Shown piece by piece: positions 18,331-28,052 of a DNA stretch of 64,000 nt. A model generated the notes under the pieces. It saw only the letters and a program-made list of their open reading frames with translations. It did no database searches and was not told the DNA's origin. Source of the stretch: Dehalococcoidia bacterium (GTDB lineage Bacteria > Chloroflexota > Dehalococcoidia > Lucifugimonadales > UBA3495); assembly GCA_965204805.1 (NCBI GenBank), contig OZ242013.1, positions 4,589,232-4,653,231 on the forward strand. The letters are read 5' to 3'. The translations under genes and the position numbers were made by a program. Each line of letters begins with the position of its first letter. Position 1 is the stretch's first letter.

Positions 18331-18360
18331 CCCTTACCTTTGTCGCCCCTCCCTGCCACG

Positions 18361-21300
18361 CTAGTCTCCGCTCAGCTCGGCGACCTTCTGTTTGAGCCAG
18401 CGCAGGCCGCCGTTGTTCACTTTGGGCTTGGAAACCCAGCCTTCCTCCGTGGGGTCGCTGAGGAAGAACCTGGGTATGATCGAGTCGGTCACCCCGGCCA
18501 GGCGGTCAACGTCGTCCCGGACGTCGCCCCTGACCTCGCTGTAGGCGATCCCGGCGTCGTCGAGCAGCGCGACAGCCTCGTTGTAGCGGTCCGCCGCAGC
18601 GTCTCCGGCGTCCGGGTCGTAGTAGATGACGAAGGAGATGGCGGGGGTCGAGTCCGACTGCTGCTCGTCCGAATCACTGCCCTCACCTGACTGCTCGCCT
18701 GGCGGCGCCGAGCTCGCGCCCTGGGATTGCCCGGTGCCGGTGGCCGCACTGGTCGTGCCGCTGGCCTCGGCCGAATCGCCGTCTGCGGTTGCGCCGAACA
18801 ACGTGCCCTTCACGGTGAGCCTGACGGTGTACGCTGTGCCCGCCGTAAGGCCGGTGATGGTGGTGCTGGTGCGGGGGGAGAGCGAGGTGCCGTCGTTATA
18901 GTCGTCGGAGCCGGTCTTCCACTGGAGCAAGTAGCCGCTGGCCTCGAACCCGCGCACCTTGCTGTCCGGCGGCGTGTTCCACGACACCGTCAGCTGGGTG
19001 GGCTGGCCGTCGACGGCGACCGCCGTCAGCCCGGTGATCTCCGCGTGGGTCGTGCCGGAGTTCTCGTGGGAGAGGCCGTCGGGACTGGTCGCGGAGCCGG
19101 CCGCCGTGTAGACGGTGACCCTGGCTTCGTACTCCGTGTTGGGCTGCAGGCCGGTCACCCGATGGGTCGGGTACTGGACCGTCTCGCCGGTGTACCCGTC
19201 GGTGGCGGTCCGGTAGTTCAGGCTCCCGGCGGTCACCGAGGCCCGGTTGGCCTGCGGGTAGGAATCCGCGGACGCGAGCTTCCACTCGATCACGTAGCCC
19301 GCCGCGGTGCTCACCGTCTCCCACTCCACGTCGACGGCGCGGGCGTTGCCGGCCACCGGGTCCACGTACACGACGCCGGGCCAGCCGTGCAGGGTCACGG
19401 TGTATTCGACGGAGTTGCCGTCTCCCGCGCCGCCCTGCTGCGTCACCTTGACGGTGTACACGCCCAGGGGGAGATCGCTGATCTCGGACGAAGAGTCGGT
19501 AGGCCCAGCCGTGTGGCTGCGCTCCGTGGTGCTGTACTGCTGGTCGCCGCTCTTCCACTGGACCAAGTAGCCGGTGACCCCGGTGTCCGTCGAGCGGGTC
19601 CAGCTCACGATCATGATGTCGTCGATGAGCGGGTGCTGCCTGGCGCCGGGACTGACCGCGACGGAGATGGCGAGGTCGAATTTGGCCGTGTCGCCGTCGG
19701 CGTCGGACACCATGTAGGTGTAGCCGGTCAGGGGCTGCGCCGTCGTCGGGACACCGGTCAGCCTGCGCGTCGGCGCGTAGAAGTTCAGCCCGGCGGGCAG
19801 CGTCGCTCCCGCCTCGGGCGTCAGGCTGTAGGTCATTGGCCCGTCGCCCGTGGCGCGGGGGAGGGTCAGGTCTACCGCCGCGCCGACGGCGTACTCCTGT
19901 ACGAGGTCCAGCACCGTGAACGTTCCGTCAAACACCCACTGCGGTTTGGTGTCCATGGCCGACGTCGCCGACACCGTGATGGTGAAGGTCAGCTCGGCCT
20001 TGTCGCCGTCGTTGTCGGTCACGCTCCAGGTGTAGGTCGTGGCCGCCTGCGTCGCCGTCGGCGTGCCGGTGATCTTGCGCGTCGTCGAGTTGAACTCCAG
20101 GCCCGCCGGCAGGGTCCCCACCAGCGCGTAGCTCAGCGTGCCGTCGCCGCCGGTCGCCGTGGGCAGTGTGAGGTCCGAGATCGGAGTGTTCTGCGTGTAC
20201 GACTGGTTCGAAATCGTGTTCGCGCCGAATGACGGCGCGGCGCCCTGGACGATGGTGATGGTGAAGTTCACCGCAGCGAATTCGTAGTCGCTGTCGTCGG
20301 CCCGCCAGGTGTAGCTTGTCGCGTCCTGCCGCGCGGTCGGCGTGCCCTTCAGCCTGTACGTGTCGCCCGACTTCTCGAACGACAGGCCGGCCGGCAGCGT
20401 CGGATGGAAGGAGTAACGCAGCGGCGCGTTGCCGCCCGTCGCGGCGGGCAGCGCCACCGGCGTCATGGCGGCATCCTTGGTCAGGACCTGGTTGGCCACG
20501 GCGCTCATGCCGAAGCTCGGTGTGGAGTTCGCCGTCACGGCGAGGGAGAAGGTCAGCTCAGCCGTGTCGCCGTCGCTGTCGGTGGCCACGAAGGTGTAGG
20601 TCGCGGCCGCCGCCGTTGCGCTCGGCGTGCCCATGATCGTCCCTAAACTGTAGCTCAGCCCGGCCGGCAGGGTCTCCTTGACGGAGTAGGTCAGCGGGGT
20701 GTCGCCGCCGGTCGCCCGCGGAAGGTCCGTCGAAAAGCTGCCCCTGTTGACCGCGAACGCCATGTCCGGTATGGACGCCATGGCCCCGAAGCTCGGCACC
20801 GCGTTGGCGGTCACCGTGATGGTGAAGGTGAGGGTCGCCGAATCCGGGTTCGCCGTGTCGCTGTCGGTGACCGTGTAGGTGTAGGTCGTCGCCGCCTGCG
20901 AGGCGGTCGGCGTGCCGGTCAGCTTGCGCGTCGCCGCGTCGAAGCTCAGACCCGCCGGCAAAGCCGCGCCGTTCGGCCCCGTCAGGGTGTAGGTCAGCGC
21001 GCCGTCGCCACCGGTCGCCGCCGGCAGCGTGAGGTCCGTAATCTTCCGGTGCTGGATGTAGGTCTGGTTGGCGATGGTCTCCGCGCCGAAGCTCGGCGCC
21101 GCGTTGGGCATCACCGTGATGGTGAAGCTCACCGCGGCGAATTCGTTGTCGCTGTCGTCGGCCTGCCAGGTGTAGCTTGTCGCGTCCTGCGGCGTGGTTG
21201 GCGTGCCCTTCAGCCTGTACGTGTCGCCCGACTTCTCGAACGACAGGCCGGCCGGCAGCGTCGGACTGAAGGAGTGACGCAGCGGTGCGTTGCCGCCCGT

Positions 21301-22317
21301 CGCGGCGGGCAGCGCCACCGGCGTCATGGCGGCATCCTTGGTCAGGACCTGGTTGGCCACGGTGCTCATGCCGAAGCTCGGCGTGGAGTTCGCCGTCACG
21401 GCGAGGGAGAAGGTCAGCTCGGCCGTGTCGCCGTTGCTGTCGGTGGCCACGAAGGTGTAGGTCGCGGCCGCCGCCGTCGCGCTCGGCGTGCCCGTGATCG
21501 CCCCTGAGGTGGAACTGTAGCTCAGCCCGGCCGGCAGGGCCTCCTTGACGGAGTAGGTCAGCGGGGCGTCGCCGCCGGTCGCCAACGGAAGGAACCCCGA
21601 AGTGTTGGGCTTGTTGACCGCGAACGCCATGTCCGGTATGGACGCCATGGCCCCGAAGCTCGGCGAGGAGTCGGAGCCGGTCTTGGCGGCGCCCTTCACC
21701 TGTATCTGGAATGCCCGGGTGGCCGAGTCAGTCCCCCAGTTCCCGGAACTGACTTTCAGCAAGTAGTTGGCGTCAATGTTCCAGCCGGCGGCGGCGCCCG
21801 AGTCCAGGCCGTCCCTGAGGAGGACCCTCCGCCACCCCGGACCGCCCGTCCTCGAATTGTACTCAGCGACCACGAAATAGGTCGTGTTCGCGGACAATTC
21901 GGCGTCCGCCGGCGCGGCGAATTCGTTCAGTCCCGTAGAAATCGTCCCCGGGTTGGGAAGCGTGTACAGGGCGGTCCCGCTCGGTGTATCTGCAGTAGTT
22001 GAACTCTCCTCCTGAACCGTCACCCGCAATGTGGCATTGACAGCCGGCGCGGATGCGAAAGCCAGAACTACGCTATCCAGCTCGTATCCGTTCGCATTCG
22101 ATCCCGTGTCGAACGCTTGAGCATATGTAATAACGTCGTTGGGCACGCGGTGGCCAGAGACGGGTTTTCCCGTATTGCTGACCAGCACTTCGGTACTTGA
22201 TTCCGCCTGGGCGGAGGCGCGGTCAGGCGAGCCGGCGGCCAGCAGAGCAATCAGGAGGCCCAGGGCGATGAGGACCGTCCCTGGCAGGGTGATGCGCAAT
22301 AGGCGTGGCTTGCTCAT
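18361..22317 (-). CDS. Giant secreted surface protein E (1318 aa): signal-anchor, LVSN module, ~9 dystroglycan/cadherin-like Ig domains, FN3 repeats, C-terminal Grx-like domain
   Basis: Intact ORF. RBS GGAGGagcatcATG lies 18 nt after the stop of the upstream gene F, suggesting an operon. The Ig-like repeats follow the pattern PSFG......Q......I..L.LP.ATGG...L.Y.L....LPAGL.F......I.GTPT...AA.TYT..(V/A)TD.DGD.AEL.F.I.V. C-terminal domain at 18361-18639. Confidence 0.9.
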   Translation of the reverse strand: MSKPRLLRITLPGTVLIALGLLIALLAAGSPDRASAQAESSTEVLVSNTGKPVSGHRVPNDVITYAQAFDTGSNANGYELDSVVLAFASAPAVNATLRVTVQEESSTTADTPSGTALYTLPNPGTISTGLNEFAAPADAELSANTTYFVVAEYNSRTGGPGWRRVLLRDGLDSGAAAGWNIDANYLLKVSSGNWGTDSATRAFQIQVKGAAKTGSDSSPSFGAMASIPDMAFAVNKPNTSGFLPLATGGDAPLTYSVKEALPAGLSYSSTSGAITGTPSATAAAATYTFVATDSNGDTAELTFSLAVTANSTPSFGMSTVANQVLTKDAAMTPVALPAATGGNAPLRHSFSPTLPAGLSFEKSGDTYRLKGTPTTPQDATSYTWQADDSDNEFAAVSFTITVMPNAAPSFGAETIANQTYIQHRKITDLTLPAATGGDGALTYTLTGPNGAALPAGLSFDAATRKLTGTPTASQAATTYTYTVTDSDTANPDSATLTFTITVTANAVPSFGAMASIPDMAFAVNRGSFSTDLPRATGGDTPLTYSVKETLPAGLSYSLGTIMGTPSATAAAATYTFVATDSDGDTAELTFSLAVTANSTPSFGMSAVANQVLTKDAAMTPVALPAATGGNAPLRYSFHPTLPAGLSFEKSGDTYRLKGTPTARQDATSYTWRADDSDYEFAAVNFTITIVQGAAPSFGANTISNQSYTQNTPISDLTLPTATGGDGTLSYALVGTLPAGLEFNSTTRKITGTPTATQAATTYTWSVTDNDGDKAELTFTITVSATSAMDTKPQWVFDGTFTVLDLVQEYAVGAAVDLTLPRATGDGPMTYSLTPEAGATLPAGLNFYAPTRRLTGVPTTAQPLTGYTYMVSDADGDTAKFDLAISVAVSPGARQHPLIDDIMIVSWTRSTDTGVTGYLVQWKSGDQQYSTTERSHTAGPTDSSSEISDLPLGVYTVKVTQQGGAGDGNSVEYTVTLHGWPGVVYVDPVAGNARAVDVEWETVSTAAGYVIEWKLASADSYPQANRASVTAGSLNYRTATDGYTGETVQYPTHRVTGLQPNTEYEARVTVYTAAGSATSPDGLSHENSGTTHAEITGLTAVAVDGQPTQLTVSWNTPPDSKVRGFEASGYLLQWKTGSDDYNDGTSLSPRTSTTITGLTAGTAYTVRLTVKGTLFGATADGDSAEASGTTSAATGTGQSQGASSAPPGEQSGEGSDSDEQQSDSTPAISFVIYYDPDAGDAAADRYNEAVALLDDAGIAYSEVRGDVRDDVDRLAGVTDSIIPRFFLSDPTEEGWVSKPKVNNGGLRWLKQKVAELSGD
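19930..21663 (-). repeat. Tandem in-frame duplication of an 867-bp (289-codon, three-Ig-domain) unit inside gene E
   Basis: The string gaccgcgaacgccatgtccggtatggacgccatggccccgaagctcgg occurs at 20749-20796 and again at 21616-21663, an offset of 867. The stretches 20281-20640 and 21148-21507 differ only by scattered substitutions. The third domain of each unit is more diverged. Confidence 0.85.
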
Positions 22318-22335
22318 GATGCTCCTCCATTTCCA

Positions 22336-25300
22336 TTACTCCCCACTCAGCTCGGCGACCTTCTGTTTGAGCCATCGCAGGCCGCCGTTGTTCACTTTCA
22401 CCTCTGAGACCCAGCCTTCCTCCGTGGGGTCGCCGAGGAAGAAGCGGGGTATGATCGAATTGGTCACCCTGGCCAGCCGGTCAACGTCGTCCTGGACGTC
22501 GCCGATGACCTCGCTGTACGAGATGCCGGCGTCTTTCAGCAGCTTGACCGCCTGGTTGTAGCGGTCCACCGCAGCGGCCCCGGCATTGGGGTCGTAGTAG
22601 ATGACGAAGGTGACGGCGGGGGTTGAATCCTGCTGGTCCTCCGCCACCACCGCCGCCGTGGCGGCGCTGGTCAGGGACTCGGCGTTGCCGGCGTCGTCGG
22701 TGAAGGACACCGTTACCTTAATGGCCTTGCCCACGTCGGCAGCGACTGGCGTGTAGCTGGAGCCCGTGGCTCCCGATATGTCCGAGCCGTCGGCCAGCCA
22801 CTGGTAGGCGAAGCTGGTGTTGTCCAGCCCCTCGGCGTCGCTGATGCCCGACGTGTCCGCCGTGAGCGTCTCTCCCACCTGGACCGTGCCGCTGATGGTG
22901 GGCGCTCCGCTGGCCGGAGTGTTGGCCGCCGCCGCTACCGCCGTCGTGGCGGCGCTGGTCAGGGACTCGGCGTTGCCGGCGTCGTCGGTGAAGGACACCC
23001 GCACGCTGATGGCCTTGCCCACGTCACCGGCCACCGGGGCATAGCTGGCACTCGTGGCCCCGGATATGTCCGACCCGTCGGCCAGCCACTGGTAGCTGAA
23101 GCTGGCGTTGGTCAGCCCGTCGGCGTCGCTGATGCCCGACGTGTCCGCCGTCAGCGTTTCTCCCACCTGGGCCGTGCCGCTGATGGTGGGCGCGCCGGAG
23201 GCCGGAGTGTTGGCAGGCGGCGCGTTGGTGGTGGCGGTGCCCTCGGCGGAGTCTCCGTCGGCTTCTACTCCGCCGATCGTGTGGCGGGCGGTGACGCGCA
23301 CGGTGTAGGCCGTCCGCGGCTCCAGGGAGGTGATCCGCCCGCTGGTGGCCGCCGTTTCCGACCTCGCGAAGGAGCCGTAGGCGCCGCCCGCCTGCTTCCA
23401 CTCCACCACGTAGCCAGTCGCGCCCGACACGGCCGGCCAGGACACCTCCAGGATGTCGCTGCTGCCCTCGACCGCCGCGACGCGGACCGCGCCCATCGCG
23501 GCCAGGGTGGCGCCGGAGGCTTCACCCACAGCCAGCTCAGCGTCGGGGTCGGCGTCCGTATCGACGGCCGTCACCTGCACCGTGTAGGAGGCGCCTGCTG
23601 CAAGTCCGGTGATGGTGTGGCTGGCGCTCGTCGTCTCCGCACCGCTGTTGTAGCTGTCCGAGCCGGTCTTCCACTTGACTACGTATTTGTCGGCGTCGGG
23701 CACGGCCTGCCAGGAGACGGCGAGCCTGGTTGTCTCTCCCCCGACGGGGTGGACGGTCAGCCCCAACAGCGCTCCGGGCTCGGGCGACTGAGGGGCGCCG
23801 GTGCTGGCCTTCACATCCCGCTCGGCCAGGGTCTCGAACCCGTCCCGCATGGCCGACACCGCTTCCAGCGCAATGGCGTACTCGGTGTCCGCCTCCAGCC
23901 CGGTGAGCTGGAGGCTGGTCCGGGGCGATCTGGCCTCGATGGCCTGCCCGCCGTTCACCCGGATGAAGTAGTGGAAGGCGCCCTCCACGGCCTCCCAGGA
24001 CACGTACAGGGCGTCGGTGCGGCCCGTCACCGGCGCGACCGAGACGGGCCAATAGGGGCCGGTGGCCGTCCCTTCCGCCAGCACGGCGTTGTCCTCGCTG
24101 ACGGCGGCGACGTTGACGGTGTAGTTCGTATCGGGGGTCAGGCCCGTGATCGTGTAGCTGTTCGTGGTCGCCTCTACCGAGTCGGCGGAGCCGTCCTTCC
24201 AGCGCAGGTCGTACCTGGCCGCGCCCTCCACCGGGTCCCAGGACACGGCCAACTGGGTCGGCTCGCCCGGGACCGGGGCCAGGGTCAGGCCGGTAAGCTC
24301 CGCCGGGCCGTCGGACTCCGGCTCATCCGGCGAGAAGGCCGCTTCGCTGTTGGCGAGGGTGAACCGGACAGGGGGAACTTCCCGTGCTCGGGGATGAAGT
24401 AGATGTACTCCTCGCCCTCCTCAACGTTGTCGTCGTAGGGAATGAAGGTCTCGGTCCAGGTGACGCTGGTCTGCCCGGCCGGTATCATGTTGCCGATGTA
24501 GTGACCGAGAACCGCGTAGTCCGTCGGCCCTCGCCAGTTGTCGTCTCCCCGGTAGTCCCTCGGCGACAGCGCCACCGGGAGACAGTCGTAGCTCGGCCGG
24601 CCCGAACACGCGTATGCCTCCCCGAGGGCCGCGCTGTGATTGACTTGGAAGTAGTAGTTGCGGGGGTGGGGGGCGCCGATGTTGGCGGTGAAGGTCAGCG
24701 TGGTCGGCCCGGCGTCTTCATCCACGCGGTCGGGCGAGACCGTCAGGATCATGTCCTCGGGTCCTTCGTTGATGAGGCCCTTGATGAACAGCTTGATGGC
24801 CCGCTGGTTCACCAAGGTGTAGTCGCCGGTCGAGTCCCTGCCCCGCCGCTTGTACTGGTTGTAGAGGATTTGCCCCGCTTCGCCGTCCAGATTGGCGTTG
24901 CCGGACTCAAATTGGCTGGTGATTCTGATCACGCCGTTGCCGCTTCCGCCGGAGTCGATGACCACGAAGTAGTTCGAGTCGATGTCGAGCTTCATTCCGG
25001 GGTGGGTCCACTCGTATATCCCGTTCCAGTAGTACCCCCAATGGGGGTTGTCCAGGGTGCCCAGCTTTTTGCCCGGCTGGCCCGAGGTGTTCTCGTGGAC
25101 GGAGACGGTGAAGGGCGCCCGGGGGCGGTCCGTGAACTCCAGGTCCAGATAGATGCTGGTCAGGGTGTAGCCGTCCTGGTGGAGGCCCGTCTTGAACTCC
25201 TGAATGATGTCGTAGGTGCCCAGGGCGACGGTGGAGGCGATCGTCGCGCTCATGTTGGCGACGAAAATATCCCATCCGCCCACCGGGGGCTTCGGCTTGA

Positions 25301-27451
25301 CGATGCCGTTGACCTGCATCTTGATCACCGAATTGACTAACGAAACCCACGCACCCGTGGAGTTCCAGTCCCGGTCAAAGCCCACGTTGTTGATGCTCGC
25401 ACCCTTTGCGCCGGTCTCTCCGCCGGACAAGGTAGTCCGAACAGCGGTGGTGGTGCTCGAAGTGGTGACGTCGACGACCACGAAATAGCTGGTGGCGGGG
25501 GCCAGGTCCAGGCCCGCGTGGGTAAACGTGTTCGTCCCGGTCGCGATGGTCCCCGGCGCCGTCAGCGTGGCCAGCCTGCTGCCCGGCCGGCCGTTGTTGT
25601 CGGCGTGGACGGCGACGGTGAACACCGGGCTGGTGCCCGCTCGGACCACCATGTCGATATCGACGCTGGTCAGCGTGTAGCCGGTCCAGTTGACGCCCGT
25701 GGTGAACTCCTGGGCGTAGTCCTTATCGAATCTCCCAGGCAAGCCGGACGTCTCGGTGAGGTTGGAGACCAGGGACTGGCGCTTGACCACGCCGTTGACG
25801 CGCATCGACATGGTATCGGTGCTAACCCGAGCGCCCGTGGAGTTCCAGAGCCGCCAACTGCTCCCGTTGGCAATGCTCCATCCCTGGGCGCCAGTCTCTC
25901 CGTTGGATTGGGTGAGTTTGATTTCGCCATCACCACTGGAGGCAGTGGCGTCAACGACCACGAAGTAGCCGGTGGCGGGCTCCAGGGCCAGGCCCGTGTG
26001 GGTGAACCGGTTGGTGCCGGTCGTGAGGGTCCCCGGCGCGGTCAGATCGGCCATCTTGCTGCCCGGCTGGCCGTTGCTGCTGGCGTGGACGGCGACGGTG
26101 AACGGCACCTTGTCGCCCGTCGTGAACGACAGGTTCAGATCGACGCTGGTCAGGGTGTAGCCGGCGCTGTTGCTGCCCGTCGTGAACTCCTGGGCACGGT
26201 CAGCATTGAGAACACCACCGAAGACCGTCTCGGTGAGGTTGGAGACCAGGGACTGGCCCACGACCGCGGTCGCATTCGTGGTGACGGTGGTTTCGGACTG
26301 GGCCAACAGGGTCGGTTCAGCCCCTATGGCGATGATTTCGGCCCGGATTCGGACGTCATACTCGGTGTTGGCCGTCAGGCCGGTGATCTGCGCGCTCGTG
26401 TCGGGCGCGGAAACGACTACACGGTCGCCACCGTACGAGCCGCCACCGGTCTTCCACTGGACAGTGTAGGTGGTAGAGTTAGTCACCGCGTCCCAATCCA
26501 CGTCGAGCTTGTCTTGTCGGTGCTGCCGGAGACCGGGGTGACGGTAAAACCGGGCACCGCCGGCGGATTGGTGGTGGCGGTGGTTTCGGACTGGGCTGCG
26601 ATGGTAGAAGGAGGGTTTATGGCCCTGATTTGGACGCCATATTCGGTGTTGGCCGTCAGGCCGGTGATTTGATAGCTCGTTGCTGGGGCAGCGAAAGTTG
26701 TCGAGCCAGTCGGGGAGTCGTACGTCTGGTCGCTGGTCTTCCACCGGATATTGTATCTGCTGAAAGTGACGCCGGTCGGCGCGTTCCACGACACGTCGAG
26801 CTTGTCAGAGCTGCCGGAGACCGGGCTCGCGGTCAGGCCGGGCACCGCTGCATATTTGATGGCGCCGCTTACGCGTATCTGAAGGGCACCGGTGTCATCA
26901 GTCCAGGTGGTGCCGGTGCTGGTCTTCTTCTTGTGGCCGTTGGTGATGATCCAGCCCGCCGTGCTGTCCTCGTCGTTGGAGTCGGTGCCCCGGATCGAGC
27001 CCGTGCCGGTCGTGCCCCCGTCGACGACGACCACGTAACTGGTCGAGGCGGACAGGTCCAGGCCCGTGTGGGTGAACGTGTTGTTGCCGGTGGCGATGGT
27101 TTGAGGGGCCGTCAGCGTGGCCAGCCGGTTCCCCGGCTCGCCGCTGCTGCTGGCATGGACGGCGACGCTGAACACCGACTTGGTTCCGGGCGGAGAAGGA
27201 AAGGCCAGTTGAATGTCCACGCTGGTCAGGGTGTAGCCGAGGGTGTTGCTGCCCGTCGTGAACTCCTGCGCATAGTCGCTGCGAGGACTGACCGTCCAGG
27301 TGTTCCCTTTGCCGACGTTGGAGACCAGGGCCGCCGACTGGGCGGAGGCCCGGTCGGGCGAGCCCATGGCCAGCAGGACGATCAACAGACCCAGGACGGT
27401 CAGAACCAGCCCGGGTAGTAGGATGTAGCGCGACGGCAGCAGTCTGGTCAT
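22336..27451 (-). pseudogene. Giant secreted surface protein F (~1703 codons if repaired), split by a 5-bp tandem duplication and a 1-nt homopolymer frameshift
   Basis: ORF pieces 26483-27451, 24285-26789 and 22336-24252 form one protein. Junction 1: ..AVPGFTVTPVSGSTDK | LDVDWDAVTNSTTYTVQWK.. at CTTGTCTTGT 26508-26517 (coding strand ACAAG ACAAG). Junction 2: ..IPEHGKF(P) | PVRFTLANSEAAFSPDEPESDGPAELTGLTLAPVPGEPTQLAVSWDP.. at the G5 run 24371-24375. The span is 5116 nt; minus 5 plus 1 gives 1704 codons. Content: family signal-anchor, 4 LVSN modules, FN3 repeats, two PTISGT.QVGETLTADTSGISDA.GL.N.SF.YQWLADGSDISGAT Ig-like repeats, and the C-terminal Grx-like domain (22336-22614). Confidence 0.8.
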
Positions 27452-27592
27452 GGCGTTGCCTCTCTTCTATGGGTGTTGACGCGCCGGACGGCGGCGCAGA
27501 CGGGTTTGGCGGTGGAGCAAAAGGGGAAGTCTCCGCCCGCGAGGGCGCGGGGTCGGAACGTCCCGCAGCCGGTGTCTTCAAAGGGAGCGGTT

Positions 27593-27626
27593 CGAGAAAG
27601 GACGCCGCTGCGGTGAGCCAGCGGCG
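27593..27626 (-). terminator. Intrinsic terminator inside the leader of gene F
   Basis: RNA sense: CGCCGCUG-gcucacc-GCAGCGGCG followed by UCCUUUCUCG. The stem changes are compensatory relative to copy 2 (U-A becomes C-G). Confidence 0.55.
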
Positions 27627-27778
27627 CGCTGAGGTTGCCTGGTAAGGCGAACTTCCGCCGGGCGGGTAATGCCCGGCGAATGGTGGTTGATTGGTCAGTT
27701 CCCACCGGAACCAGTGGGACTGGAGTAAAGGGGCGGTGCTGTGGCATTACCCACCCCGGTTCAGCCAGTAGGAAGGTC

Positions 27779-27792
27779 GGGGGGGGGGGGGG
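27779..27792. repeat. Homopolymeric G14 tract (C14 in the leader RNA)
   Basis: Counted directly: gg at 27779-27780 plus 12 g at 27781-27792. The homologous positions hold G7 (7375-7381) in copy 1 and GGGGTGG in copy 2. Confidence 0.95.
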
Positions 27793-27909
27793 CTGACAGG
27801 CGTATGTTGCCACCAGCCCGGCGCATAAGGAACGCCGGGCCGGTGGCCGCAAGGTTCTCTATATCCGGCCTGAAGACATGCAAATTGGTATCTCCCATCT
27901 CCCGGCGGG

Positions 27910-28023
27910 CAGAATCTGGAAACATATTAGTCACTCCCCATGAAATTGATATAGCAATAAGGTGTAATTCAGTCAAAAACTTGTGTGTCATTCTTTGTGT
28001 CAACTTCGCGGTCAGGGTATAAT
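27910..28023. promoter_or_regulatory. Conserved AT-rich divergent promoter block (copy 3 of 3), shared by gene F and the hybrid kinase gene
   Basis: cagaatctggaaacatattagtcactccccatgaaattgatatagcaataaggtgtaattcag. Then GTGTCAT (27985-27991)-N5-GTGTCAA (27997-28003). TATAAT at 28018-28023 lies ~30 nt upstream of the RBS GGAGG (28044-28048) and the ATG at 28053. Confidence 0.55.
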
Positions 28024-28052
28024 CGGTTCCGGTGGGCGCTCCCGGAGGCAGG

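Larger units (their letters stand above)
27452..27909 (-). promoter_or_regulatory. Conserved 5' leader of gene F / the F-E-D operon (copy 3 of 3): riboswitch/attenuator-like, with a G14 tract
   Basis: Core at ~27641-27767, internal terminator at 27593-27626, and a poly-G (coding-strand poly-C) tract at 27779-27792. Confidence 0.55.

Noticed and set aside
19930-21663. Near-identical repeats in gene E considered as a diversity-generating retroelement (template/variable repeat pair).
   Set aside because: No reverse transcriptase ORF is present in the window. The differences between the copies involve all four bases rather than adenine-specific substitutions. The repeats are in-frame tandem domain duplications.
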